From positions 1,236,657 to 1,300,656 of the forward strand of contig RDEW01000005.1 of NCBI GenBank assembly GCA_011109175.1: a DNA stretch of 64,000 nucleotides. Reading direction: 5' to 3'. The notes under the pieces are model-generated. The model made no database searches, was not told the origin of the DNA, and saw only the letters and a program-made list of their open reading frames with translations. Shown piece by piece: positions 37,435 through 50,547 of this stretch (positions are counted from its first letter, which is position 1; each line of letters begins with the position of its first letter). The position numbers and the translations under genes were made by a program. The stretch comes from Dicyema japonicum (lineage: Eukaryota; Animalia; Dicyemida).

Positions 37435-37996
37435 TCAAAAACGACTGGAATCTTTGAATCTCTTCGCTTGTTCAATAATCTTCGTTTCATACTGAGCGCG
37501 GTTATTTCTACAATAAATCGATCAAGCATACAAAAAGCATGTGTATGCATCAGCCTGTGCTGGATCATTTATATTTGGTTCATTTAGGAGATTTTGAATG
37601 CCAAGCAGAATCTGTTTCACAGTAACAGTGGGTCTCCAGTCCTGTTCTTCGTCCAGGAGAGACAGACAAACGGTCCCAGACGGATAAATGTTTGGATGAA
37701 ATATCTGAGGTTCAAATCTGCATTTGGGAGGCGTGAGAGGATAATCTTCCTTAAAATAAATCATTAGGTTGAACAGTCCGCCCTCCCAAGGAGTCTATGT
37801 ATATTATAGAAGGTTTCTTACGTTCTTTTTGCCGGGGATCTTGCATTCCCATACAAAGAGGTTCAAAGTCCCATCTTTGTTCTTTGCCTGTTTGGCAACA
37901 AACCCTGAAAATTATTAATAAACTTATAACGTGTGGATGGTCCTTTCGCCAAGCTTTTCTTTCTTCGTTCAAACGACCCACAGCAATGCTGGACAT
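37435..37996 (-). CDS. UBE2I: SUMO-conjugating enzyme UBC9 (4 exons)
   Basis: [57 protein letters not shown]-like [16 protein letters not shown]. Introns of 26, 27 and 24 nt. Confidence 0.97.
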
Positions 37997-38334
37997 TCAA
38001 TTATTTATTATTAATCATAAAGTTAAGCTAAATTTAATAACTTTAAATAATTTTTTATTTTTTAGCTGACAAAAAATAAAATCATTTTTCGAACAGCGGC
38101 CACGTGTTACTTTGTTGTGTTATGTGACTAATTGGTTTAAAAATCATCTTCTATCCCTCTGATGGCGTCATTCGATCCACCTTACTAAGGAGACGCCCAA
38201 TGCCTGGTTGGCATTCAAATGGGTCCAATTATTCATTCCACCGGAAGACAATTTTGTTCCCTGGCGACGAGTTCTGGAATCGAATTCAGCTCCCCGGACA
38301 TGTCCTTTTAATCACGTCTCTTGGTTGAAAGTTG

Positions 38335-38960
38335 ATCCCGGCCTCCTTAAGCAGCCGACTCATCTTTCTAGTGTCTTCCCCTAGAGCCGACACTCTTCCT
38401 GTATGGATGAATCACTTTTCGGAAATTTTGAGGTTTCAGCGGGACTAGGGGGTTGGCTCTAGTGGCGCGGAGGTGCAGTAGGACCTCGTTACTATTTTTT
38501 GGAAGAAGTCTATTTTCTTTAGGTTGGTATAGGAGTGCCACACATCAGTAAGCCGATTGAGGGTAGTATATATTGGGTGTAAGGATGATTTAATATGGAG
38601 TGGATACTGCTTTTGTAATATCCAAGTAGAGTTTTTACAAAGTTTAGTTTTCGCTTGGAAGAAGAGATGACGTTGCTTACGTGTTTGCTGAAGGTCATAA
38701 GGGGTCATATGTGATCCCCAGTATTTTGATTTAGTTTGTGGAGTGGATTGATATCCTACTAAGAGTCTATAAAGATGCCGAGTTTATCAGTCTTCTATTG
38801 GAAGTAAAAATCATAAGATTATGTCGTCAGCATAAGCGAGGAACAGAGTATCGCCGCTGCTATGAAAAGGCATGTTCGAAATTTCGCGTATCCAATGATT
38901 CCAATAACAGGAACGAGAGGTTATATCCACCTTGGGAGATGAAGACATTAAGAGTACTAA
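38335..38960 (-). mobile_element. LINE RT/3' fragment
   Basis: 'FLAYADDII' near 38800 and the family 3' end; similar to 49550-49925 and 50240-50370. Confidence 0.7.
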
Positions 38961-39714
38961 AGCTGTGTCACAGTGTATTAGAGTTACGTCGCCACCTCAA
39001 TCATCCGACATTGAAAGGAATGTCGTAGAGCAATCTTAGATCGAACAAAAATTTTTAAGAGCGCCAAAATTATTAATTTAAAACGAAGAGAAGCAGAAAT
39101 CATAAATATAAGCAGTCGAGAAAGTTTAAGTTGTAAATTATTTTTTAGAAATAGTTTTTTGCCCACGGTATCTTCAAGTCCTTCACTTTTTATAGAAACA
39201 GCTTCTTTGCTCAAAAAAATTTGGTCTGAACATGAAAGATCTCTGTAAAACCTGGTTTTGTAGTCATTCATTATTATTTACAATGTATTAATCCCAGCTT
39301 CCCCAGTGAACTGCTGAAGCGAGCGAGGAGGAAATTTGCAAGGAGAAAACTGGTAGAACGGATCGTAGAGAGCACAGAACAAGCGGAACCTTAAATATTC
39401 ATATGCTTATGGGTAACGCGAGAGTGCTCTCAACTAACTAATCCCAGCTTCGTCAACATCTAAAAAGACTTCCACTAAGACAGATTTCTCTTTGTGATTC
39501 AAATCAAATAAAGAGGTCTTGAACTTCTGATCAACCTCAGAGATGGACTATGTCTACAGTGTGGGCGTCTGATTCCAATTCTTATTCTGAGTCCTAAGCA
39601 TGATCTCATGGGGTCTTCCCCGTATTTTATTATCTTCAAAAGCCCGAAACAGCTAATTAATCGTTATAAGGATCCAGGGCATATTCCTAACATATTTCTT
39701 TGGTTACATGCGAT

Positions 39715-39862
39715 TTCCAGTAGACAATCAGGTTTCACAGTGAAGTATCACTGTGATGGGGTCACTTGTCAAGCCAGGAAGCATAGTTGATGCATGGAAC
39801 CTTCATCCGGAATTAACTTTGAGAATCAAGATTTTTGTGCGACACTTCCCCATTCCGCCAAG
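39715..39862 (-). mobile_element. tRNA-derived SINE (copy E, diverged)
   Basis: Reverse complement gaaggttccatgcatc...cagtgatacttcactgtgaaacctgattgtcta. Confidence 0.75.
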
Positions 39863-40261
39863 AGAAGGCAAAGTTAATTATTTTGTGAGGAAATGTGCTC
39901 AACAAGCCACTTTCTTTCCTACTTATCCTTTTTCCTCAATAAGTGATCTTCCCCCTGACCAAATCCACCGGCTAAGAATACCATTATGAAAACTCTTTAG
40001 CCTAAGAATGTATTGATGTCCGTGACGGAATTACGTATGATGAAAATGGAAGATGGTGGACTCACTTTTCTGAAGCGGAATCCTGTAATAGACTATTGGA
40101 GGATGGATTTGTTCGACATAAGCTGATGTTCTCCCCTGGGTTCCTTCCTTGAATAAATTAATTGTGACTGTTGTCTGTGGTTAATAAAGAAGCAATAACT
40201 CCGTTGACTTAATTATAATATTCTATGAACTTTAACCAATAAAGCCAATTTATAACAAAAG

Positions 40262-42637
40262 TTAGAAACTCCTTAAGTAAATTTTGTCCTTTTCAACGAA
40301 ATAATGTCCCCAAATTCTGCTATAAATTATCAAAATCAGCACGAAGAATTGTGAAATTAAAAATTTACCCAAATACAGTTCCCTTCGAATATCGGAGTTG
40401 GACATTGGCCAGGAAATAATCAAATAGAAAATATTCAAAATAAACGACAAACATCCGGTCGCCAAAATGAAGGCAGTATCCCTGTAATTGGCTGGGACGT
40501 TAGTTATGCGAATAGACACGAGGATAATTACAATCAGCATTATTAGAGTTATCAAAATCTCACTGAAAACAAATTTATGTTGAAATTACAAGATAGTATT
40601 GCCACGTGTTCATGGAAAATATACGTTATTTCAGGAAAAACAATAATTTTGATCAAAGAAATGAGTGACTAAATTTAAATCCCCAAATAAACAGGAATTG
40701 ACGCAATCCCGAATATTATCAGAATCATAGAATTTTTGCCAATAAAAGCACTGAGCAGTCTTTTGTGTTGAAAACTTGGAGAATTGAAAATTAAGAAAAT
40801 TCTAATCCCCCGCACGATTAATGAGGAAGTAATGAGAGCATCTGAGGTTACCAGGAGTAATCTCAAAATCTATGAATTTTACATAAAATGAACTCGGCAG
40901 CCAATTCTTGAAGTCTGCAAAAAAATCGCAAAACTGCAGATATTTCCAAGAAAAAGCCCAAAAAGAATAATTACGATGGTCTCCCTTCCTGATGCCTTTA
41001 TTAGAGGAGCATTGAAGTTCATAAAATACAAAATGGTGGCAACAATAATCAGGAAGAATTCTAACGATAAAAAGAACATAAATGAGATTCCTATTTTGGT
41101 CAGTGATTCTGTTTGTATTTCCTTTTTAAACATCTTCATGAAAATATAATTTGTTACCTCTGTTTTAGGGAGTCTACAAAATACAAATCATCGCATTTTA
41201 TGCAGGAATTATTTTGTACAATTTCGTTCACATCACATTTAAAGCAATTCCAGCAGCATTTACGGCTAAGACTGTTAACCCTCACTTCAAAGGGTCTACA
41301 TGGTTTGTTACAGTCTTCACTATGGTTAAAGATCGGGAGATTCTGAAAATAATATCCAGTAAAACTGGATTCTCCACAATGTAGCTTTCTATTTCCCCCA
41401 ATTTATTTAAAAAGGCGTGTCTTACTATCATAAAAGTAGAGGCATCTCCGTTCTCATTGATAATATTTTCTCACTACCAAAAGTAAAATTGTTCATAAAT
41501 AAATATTTCTTTAACTTTTCGATAGTAAAGCATTCGTAGAAAGCTATCACATCAAATTATGACTTTACCTGATCTTAGGCATTCTCTTTCGACTACTCTC
41601 TTCGCTGCCGAAAGTCCCACGTTCAGCGCTCTTAGAAAACTTGGGAAGAATGAGTCCTTGACTTTGCTGAAATCGATGTTTTTAAAATATCTTCTATAGA
41701 TTTTTTGGTCAATATTTTTATTTTCCAAGAATGTTAAGGACTTGATGTTCTCAATCGGTAAATATTTTAAATTGTCTATTTTTAAGGAATCCCCCGTTAT
41801 TACGGAAATATTTTGAAATCGACGGTCGACGTTATTGATGAAACTCATAAGAATCCTTAGGTCAAATAAGGCGACGATAACTCCCGTGTTGAAATCCAAT
41901 ATCTCCTGATATAGTGCTTCAAAATTATATTCATTATAAATTAATTCAAAAATTATGCAGTTTTTGTTCATCTCATTAAGCCTATTCTTGAATATCATTA
42001 ACATATCAAGCGAGTAGGAAGATTCGTCGTATAATAACCCAAAAATTGTGTTTTCAGTGATTTTTAAAAATTTTAAAATTAGATTTACTTGGTGGCTGTT
42101 GGATGGTGGGATTCTGATGAAATTAGGATATTTCTTTTTGTCAGAAAATTCATTTAAGGTGGAATCGAATGTAATTTGAATGATTTTAAAAGTCTCGTGA
42201 AACAAAGATGATTTCTTCGCCAAGTCACTGCTTCCAAATCCAATAGCGATTGGAATGATGGGAATTGAACTGAATGCATATCCGTCGAGATTTCCTCTCC
42301 TTAATTCTGAGCCTCTAGGTAAGTACAAGTGTCGCAGAGGAGAAATCTGATATGCTCCCAAAATTAGAGTTTCTTCCCTGTAGCAGTTGTTGATAAAAAA
42401 CAATCCAAAGACATTCTCTACCGTCATTTTCTCGTTAAAATTGTTTATCAAAATTGTAGCTGCTTCTACGTAATAATTAAAATCATCTTTCGACAAATTC
42501 AAACACTGATTTCTACTGTCAATAATTGGCATATTTATTGCAATTAGGATTCCTGCGTTTGTGTTTATTCCTTTGTAAGAGTCTTGAAGAATTATTAAAC
42601 TGCTTGAATTACACCATAATAAGAGGAAACTAAACAT
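40262..42637 (-). CDS. Class C GPCR, metabotropic glutamate receptor-like (VFT + nine-cysteine domain + 7TM)
   Basis: Signal peptide; VFT 'IGFGSSDLA...IQITFDST..EFSDKKKYPNFIRIPPS'; NCD3G 'CNKPC...CCWNCFKC...CIKC'; 'PLIKASGRE' in intracellular loop 1; 'NVPANYRDTAFI' before TM6. Confidence 0.88.
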
Positions 42638-42689
42638 TGTTCCACTAAACTACGGTGTGCTCGACATTTGAATAAATGAATTATAATAA

Positions 42690-43296
42690 TCGATATGACC
42701 ATTGCCGCGGCAATCCCCATTGTTTCTTGGCAGTTGGAGCGTGAATTTCATATTCCCTAGTGACTTCTTTGAATCTTAAAATCGTCACATGGTCGTCTGT
42801 ATCAAAGGTATCCAGAAAAGAATCAATTTCTTCATTATTACACTGGAGGGTCCCTGAACTGCTGATATAGATAGACGAGATGCTATGATTGGATTCGTCT
42901 TACTCAGACCGTGGGAATATACCTTAATTATACTTTAATTAGCGTTTAACCTTTTTCCGATATATCCGGGATATTAAATTTGTCAGTAATGTCTTCCGAT
43001 GCTCAAACGGGAGACAGAACAATCAGTTCGAGTTCAATCATAGACTCTTCTATGGCCGATTGCAAATGGAGGTAAAAAATAGGTGGACACTCTGAGTCAG
43101 AAATGATCACCATTTGGGGTAATGTGTTCGTGAGGAGCTCTCTCAATTGAACAGAGTAACCATCACATGATTGAGTCATGTTGCATTGATAAAATCCATA
43201 GTTCATTACAGATGCCATCGTCAGGCTCTCGAATTGGAAAACCCGGAAGTTGATAAAGTGTTTAATTTCTTTATCAAAAAGTTTCTTGCCATTCAT
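42690..43296 (-). CDS. Possible small hypothetical gene
   Basis: 97-aa ATG-initiated ORF with protein-like composition, followed by plausible mini-intron-separated open segments. No homology recognised. Confidence 0.3.
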
Positions 43297-43799
43297 GAAT
43301 TTTTGAGTAATATTTTAGGGATTATGTCGCTACCCCAATGACTATACACTACCTGATTAATAAGGTAGGTAAATCGCCTAATGAGTATAGGCCGTTTACA
43401 TGCACGCCAACGCTATAAAAAACTCATAAACCCACTAAACTAGGTCTGATCGGCACTATTGCAAAAATCATGGAGCAATAGTATACGAAAGACTGTCACA
43501 TGTTGTCAAAAAAGGGTAGTTTCCTGCGTAACCGTGAATATGGGTTCCGGTTTAACAGACCCGTTGAGACTCTTTTATTTAATACGGCGATAACCAAGCG
43601 AGGGACTTAAAATGTTACCTGAACGTCGTTTGTTTTGATATACCGAAAGATTAGATCATGTGTAACACGAAGCACTACTGAACTAAACGAGGAAGGGCAC
43701 AGGTGAAGTGTCCGAGTCTCAAAATAGGACTCAAACATAATATCTTCCTATAACTCTATTTTTTGAAAATTGTCTCTGGTTTGGGACGCAATTTGTGTA

Positions 43800-45240
43800 G
43801 ATGACTTCTCATTTCCAACCTGACGATGACAGGCACTACCCAGAATCTGCTTCAAAAAGACAAAAAACCTTAAAGAATAAAATAAGCGATCTGAGTAGGA
43901 CGGTTCGTTTTAAACCCATTGTAACAGAAACCTCGGAGATTCTAGGGCTCAAATCACTTAGCATCCTAAACGTCATTGATTTGTTGATAGCAAAAAGGAA
44001 AGACAGCTGAGAAGAGGGGTGTCTGATTGAGCGCATTTCCATACAAATCGTAAAAGGGAATGCTCGCTCAAATCGTAAGAGGGAAATTCAACTAACTATT
44101 CAATTTCTTAATCGTTTATTAGTAAAAGGTAAATTTCCATTTAAAAAGCCGCAGCAAAAATAAGCAAATTCCAGCATTTTATTTAATTTATTTATTAACC
44201 CCGGATACACCGAGAAAGAAGTTAAAGTAAACAACTAATTAAGTATATCCAGTTTCCACTTCTACTGAAACATAGTCATAAAGGGTAAAAGGTGAGTGGC
44301 CGTGGTGCCACTGGCGAGTAAGTGGTGCCACTGGTGCTACAAGCCGAAGGAATATACTACGAGGTTGATAAACATCTGTAGGCCTAATGGAGATATGTTG
44401 AAAGATGCCTTGTTTGTTCTGGTCCACATAGAAGATCGCAGTGTCCGGTTACAAACAATATTAAGTCGTTTGAATTGTGGTTCATCCAGCCACTTTGCCA
44501 ATTATGGAAGATGTCCAAGGCTGTTGAAGCTAGCATAGCGAAGAAAAACAAAATTGACCAAAAAGGAAAGAATGGAAAATTATTTCTAAAACGAGAAAAT
44601 GCCCATAATGGAGAAAGTGAAGTTTCCAAAATTGGAACGAATAAGAAATTAAAACTGGCTGGAATAGGACATATAATAAGAAACCTTCTAAAAAAGAAAC
44701 AGTAGAAGCTTCAACACAGAGAAGAGAGTGCGCTCTTAAGAAAGAGGGCAGCCACCGAAAAAACCAGAAGTAGTCAGGATAACCCTGATTAATGCCCGTT
44801 CTCTTCGGAAACGGGCTTCAGTGCTTGTTGCTATAGCCAGCACGATCCAGATGGAATTTCTAATTATAAACGAAACTAAATTGAAGAAAAGATCATTTAA
44901 AATTGATGGATACGACTCATTAGATATTTTTTTGGAAGACTGGTTTTTGTATGGAACAGGAACTTCAATTTACTACAAAACTTCTTTAAATACAAGACTA
45001 CCCACGATCAATGAAGAAAATCTTTGTGAACTAGCAAGCATTCAACTACAAACTACCATGGGATGGATAACTATCGGAGGAATCTATTCTAAAAAACTAC
45101 GAGAGTATCCATGGATTGTTGACAAAGTTATGGAAAACAGTGAATATCCAATCCTTGTTGGGGGCATGAACGCTAAACATACTGACTATGGTTGTGTAAC
45201 AACCAATCAAGATGGAAAATGTCCTTCGTAAAATGGATGA
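43800..45240 (+). mobile_element. LINE remnant with gag-like ORF1 (zinc knuckle) and ORF2 APE
   Basis: 'LNCGSSSHFANYGRCP' knuckle; 'TLINARSLRKR', 'IINETKL', 'GGMNAKH'. An inverted copy lies at 52100-52690. Confidence 0.8.
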
Positions 45241-46678
45241 AGTCTGGAGAGTTAAAGATTTTAACTTCAGTCGAAATTATGCAATTAAACTCGCACATGG
45301 ATTGGATTTAGCATCTAAAATTGATGACGAATACGAAAGATAAACGAGAAGAATCGGTGATTTATTACATTGCTTGTGGAAACTTGCATTGTAATTGGGG
45401 CTTTTTACTGAGAAGAGACATATGGTGTCTCATGAGAGTGCCCCGATATAGACGACCCCAAATCTTGGCTTTCCTCTTTAGTTAATGGCTCTTACCTTGT
45501 TTAGTTAGTTGGGGTTTTGCGAATAAATCATGTTATCTGTTATCTAAAAGGGTAAAAAACATCCATACTTGCAGTTGTGGAAACCCCTCCAGTGGAGTGG
45601 GTGAGAACAAATGATCGTTTTTCGTGCCTTCCTGGCACTGAGCACCACCTAGACAGGTGGATCACACGAGGCCAGTCTAATAGGAAGAGAGAGGAAGAAC
45701 AGACGAACAAACAGAAACTTCACCAATTAACCACGAAGCTCCACATGGCGCCACGCGGCTAACATTAGAAAATTCCAGCATGTGAAGTGGTCACTTTATT
45801 GGCTATCATCGCTTATTCTATATAGAATTATAAATAAAAATCCATATTTCAAAAATTTGGATAATTTTTTATCAATAAACAGCAAATTGATCATTTAATT
45901 TTTAAAATTCTGAATACATGTGGATTACGACTTTGTTACTATTTTAAATGAAAATCACATATTGACCTTCTTTATTATGTTCAATTTATTTTAAAGAAAC
46001 AATCAACCAAGGGTCATACAGTAGCCGCCCTGTTTGCCTGGCTATTCCATCTCAGGATGACGACCGAGATTCGCTCAAATAGCCAGCCACGTTTACGGAG
46101 ACTTCCTGTAAGTGTAGAAATTCGATTCCCTAGACTACCCAGGAATTAGAACATAAGGGTTTATATTGCTCCATTAGACACAACAATGCGATGGTGGTTG
46201 TTCAAATACTCCAGTAATATCGTGAAGTCTTAAAATCATTGAAATTGTCCCAATAAATATGACCAATGCAAGAAAGTCAAGAATAACTCTGCCAGTCGTC
46301 TCAAGAGAAAATGTCCTAAAATGAAAAAGAAGTTGAAATAAGATGACTTAGACTAGTTGAGATCTCTAGCTACAGTCGGAGAGTCTTAAGAAATTGTGTT
46401 TTTTACAGAGTGTGAAGGCTAGCTTCATGAAATGCTTACAATACTCCAACAATAACAATCTTGAGCATATGAACGAAAGTTATGTCGATTAAAGCAACTT
46501 TCCGGCCTCCCCAAATTGTCGAATTTTGGTTTAAAAGATTTCCCAATTCCGGAGAAATTTCCTAAGCGACGGAATTATTTGTTGTACTGATAAACGTAGT
46601 TAGGTTAGTTGATAAATAGAAACCGCATTTTGTTATTAATTATAATGGCGCTATAAATAGTCTTATTTGAAAGCCAAT

Positions 46679-48343
46679 ATGCAGAATTTTTCTTACTCGA
46701 GATATCGCAATATATTTGGGGAATCCAAGAGAAGTCACCAAAAATTTGAGAATGTCAAATTTCCCGAATCTTTGATGGATTCTAATATGATAGCTTTGAA
46801 CAGATCATTTATTGCCTTTATCGAAACTACATATGGTGGAGGATCATTTTTATTACTCCCAATAACTAATGTTGGACGATTTTGTAAATTTAGGGAGGGA
46901 AAGTGAGTCATATGAGTCCCAGAGTACTTGGACATATGGACCAAGTGCTGGATATCGCATTTTCCCCATTTAACGACAACATTATCGCCAGCGCCTCAGC
47001 TGACTGTCTTATTCGAGTGTGGGAGATCCCGAAAGGTGGTCTAAGGCAAAATCTTACGATTCCTTTGATCGAACTTAGCGGACATGAAAGAAAAGTCCAA
47101 ATCATTCAGTGGAACCCAACTACCGAGAATATCCTAATTTCCGGAGGTTTGTTTCGCTAAATTATCAGGCTTGGATAATTATTGTATTTTGTGGAATGTC
47201 GAAAGATCCCAGAAAATCAGTAAAATAATTTTAGAGTCTGGAATTTACAGCCTTAGCTTCAGCTACAACGGATTCAAGGTGGCAGCAATGTTGAGGAACA
47301 TGAAATTGGCTGTTTTCGAACCCAAAAGTAAGAATGTCGAATATGTGAGGATTTATGCCTTCATAAACTAAGGGATCGATTACTCATAATTTTATCCGCT
47401 CCGGCCGTTGTGTCTTCCTTAAAAATAATAACATTCTGACATGTGGATTTGAAGATGGGGAGATGAGATTTTTGAGAATCTGGAATTCTGTCAAATTTAG
47501 CATCAAATTAACTTTTAGTATAACAGAACAAGTTATGCGAATGTCTCAGCTCTCATCACATCGATTCTGCTCCTGGAATGATGCTAGTGCACTACGAGCC
47601 AGAGCATTCATTAATATTTATAATAGGAAGGGTATTCCTCCATTAATATGTTCAGGGGGACACCTCAGTCTTTGTCTTCCAAATATGTGATGAATATCCC
47701 TACATTGAGTACCTCACTAAATATCACTCTCATTTGTACTCTCAACGCTGCTTTGGTGCTCTTCCTTCGATAGCCTGCGATCCAGATTTTTGTGAAGTTT
47801 CAAGGTTTCCGAAAATATGTATTCCAGAATATATCGTGGGTTTGGGAATGGATTATGTGAAGCTGTGAGCTTTATTTTGCCAATAAAGGTAGTTTTATGA
47901 AAAAGGTTTTAGTCCAGTTCCATAGTGAAAGAAGTCTTTTCCTCAGTCCGAGCAGACACCCCTACTTTGACAGCGGACGAGTACATCTTGTGTGACTCTC
48001 CAGTGGAACCAAAAACTGTAACAACTTTTACATTTATATTTAAAGATTTCACATTTTACTGAAAAAAGTAAAACTCAGCCCAAGTTGAACACATTTATAT
48101 CTGAAAAATCGATAACTTTTTGCAAAAGGGGAGAAACTAATGTTGACAACATAAAATATTTAGAATTTGGGAGATATTCTAAAAATGATAAATAAAATCG
48201 AGGAGAGATTGGACAAACTGGAAAATCAGAGTCAAGGGAATGCCAAGTTTTTTGAACCGCATACCATCCACAATTTATTTTGTTTTTTGGTATTCTGCGC
48301 AACCATCTTCATAACCTGGATTTGGCGGGATGAATATGACTAA
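46679..48343 (+). CDS. CORO1: Coronin (type I-like; WD40 + DUF1900 region + coiled coil), ~10 exons
   Basis: SRYRNIFG, GGGSFLLL, GHMDQVLDIAFSPFNDNIIASASADCLIRVWEIP, GHERKV, IDSAPG..HYEPE, GRGD, SQR, CEVSR, TLTADEY, coiled coil ILKMINKIEERLDKLEN. Mini-introns throughout. Confidence 0.9.
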
Positions 48344-48839
48344 TTTATGTTAGTTTCATGTAAAAGTATTTTTCGAGGTTTATTGGTTTTAATCCATCGC
48401 TAATATGATCATTACATACGCAGATTATAAAAAATTGATAAAGTGAATTCCCTTCGATATCGCAAGATCAATATTCCTGGATTGTCCTGGACTCTCACGG
48501 TCAAAGATACTTTTAAAAATCGCAATGTTCTGCTCCAAGGACTTCTGAGACAGTGGTTAAGGATTTAGATGATGAGTCTAAAAAGCCCTTGTCGTTCCAA
48601 CAGAACCTTCTCTAAGAACTGTGATCCAGAGACTAAGGAATTTTCGGGTAGTTTATCTAAGAAGAAATGATCCTATAAAGTCCTCAAAGAGGGAGATGAT
48701 TATGAAAACTATGGTTATTTTTTTCATCTTTAGGAATTTGGTGCTAAATTGGAATAAATCAGAGTGCAATCTAAGAATTTTAACAATTTCTAATCAAATT
48801 TTGGTACAATGATTGGGGAGGAAAATGTCTAGAAAGCAA

Positions 48840-50370
48840 AACATACAGGGGGATGCTTCTTGTTTGAAGTTTCTTAAATTCACTACTGAAGTATATCAAA
48901 AGCCTTGTCGAGGAAGATATATAATACGATGATTGTATGTAGCCTCAACGAGAACCGCGATAAATATCGACATTGCGGCATTTTCTAATGTATTTCTTGT
49001 TATGTCTTCCTGTCTCAGAGAAGGGAGGTCAGCTTTTTGCGCTACTCTCCGTCCTCGCTTCCTTTCTTTTGAGTTTTGTAACTTCAGATTTGCCAGAGTT
49101 TACTGTTAGGAACCATTTATCCAACTCCCAAAAAATCATAAATAAATTGTTTTCCTTGTTCCATTTTCAGTATCCTTTAACATATCCTCTTCCAAGCTCC
49201 CACATTGTCGGATTGCAAATCCAGTCCATAGTGACAGCAAGTTGTTGGAATGGCAATCAGGCAGTAACTACCAATTTGCAGTGTTCCGTTGTCTGCTATT
49301 TTCGTCTTTTATAGGCAACATACGGATAACTTGTATCTTTCCTGGTCTCTTGTAGGATAAAGATTGTATACATATGATTTATTCCTCTGGTCTTTAGGGT
49401 GCCAAGAGAGAATGGGCTGTTAGACATCAAACTTGAAAAAGACATTTTTGCAAGAGAGGCACTTCACCACCTCAACCAAAAATATGAATCTTCCTTTATT
49501 TATTTAGAACCAAGAATCACTCACAAAACAAAAAAGAGTAGGGGCCGTTAGATGATCCCGGCCTCCTTAAGCAGCCGCCTCATCTTTTCTCGGTGTTCCT
49601 CTCGAGTGTTGACACATTTCCGGTGTGGACGAATGACTTTTTGGAGGTTTAGAAATTTTGACAGGGCTTCTTTATTGCTCACGAGTTCCTCGAACGGGGG
49701 TGGTTTTAATATCTAGGAGGATCTTTGTAGGGTCTTTGTTACTGTCTTGGAGAGAGTTTATTTTCTTTAGGTTGGTATAGGATATGTTAGAACCCCAAGC
49801 CGCGCAGAAGTAGCTGATTGACGGAAGTACATATTGGTAGTAGAGATGATCTACTGTTGGGTGGAACCATCTCTTGTAGTATCCAAGTAGCGTTTTTTAC
49901 AAAGTTTAATTTTTGCTGGGAAGAGGACATAGTGGTTAGGTGTCGGCTTAAGTGGCTTATTTTACGGGTTCGAATCTCGCTGCTGTTCACCTGGTGGAAG
50001 GTTCCACGCATCTACGATGCAGAAAGGGTTTGACGAGTGACGCCGTCATCAGTGGATATTCACTGCGGAACTGGATTGTCTAGAAAGGACACTCACACAA
50101 GAAAAAGAAAAAAAGAAGTGAAAATCATTCCTTGGTTCTACGATTAGTTAAAATTAACTGTTCTTTACTTAAATAAAGTGTGTGTCCTGCCTATGCGGAG
50201 CTATAAATACTATGGCTCTCGTGAAAAGGCTTTATTATTATTGGGAAGAGGAGATTATGTTACTCACATGTTTGCTGAAGGTCATTAGTGGGTCATATGT
50301 GACCCCAGTATTTTGGTTGAATTTGTGAAGGGGATTGTTATCCCATTTAGGTCAATGAAGGCGCCGAGTT
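48840..50370 (-). mobile_element. LINE RT fragments, interrupted by SINE copy B
   Basis: RT-like remnants. 49550-49927 continues at 50242-50370, collinear with the copy at 38335-38760. Confidence 0.65.
49928..50241 (+). mobile_element. Chimeric SINE (copy B): tRNA head + core + MITE arm, 11-bp TSD
   Basis: TSD tgggaagagga at 49917-49927 and 50242-50252; B-box GGTTCGAATC; (TTA)n tail. Confidence 0.88.
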
Positions 50371-50547
50371 AGTCTTTAATTCTGAAACAGATAAATTATA
50401 TTAAATTTAAAAGTTTCATATTTAATTTAGAAATTTAATATTATTTCTAATTATTGCCATTTACAAAATATATTTATTTAGAGATTTTATGCGTTATCCA
50501 AAAAAATATAAACTAGTGGAACGCACGGTCATTTAATTTGTTCCGAA

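Noticed and set aside
37905-37931. Non-canonical (TT-AG) intron in UBC9
   Set aside because: A canonical 26-nt phase-0 intron at the conserved position works if the G run at the acceptor has one more G. A homopolymer error is simpler.
47520-48020. Coronin truncated by a TE after the WD40 region
   Set aside because: Re-reading with mini-introns recovers IDSAPG, GRGD, SQR, CEVSR and TLTADEY; the gene is complete.
50020-50075. CTGATGA on the minus strand of the SINE core, suggesting a hammerhead ribozyme
   Set aside because: The following hairpin ends in TCAA or TAAA rather than GAAA, and there is no NUH cleavage triplet or stem I/III in register in any copy.
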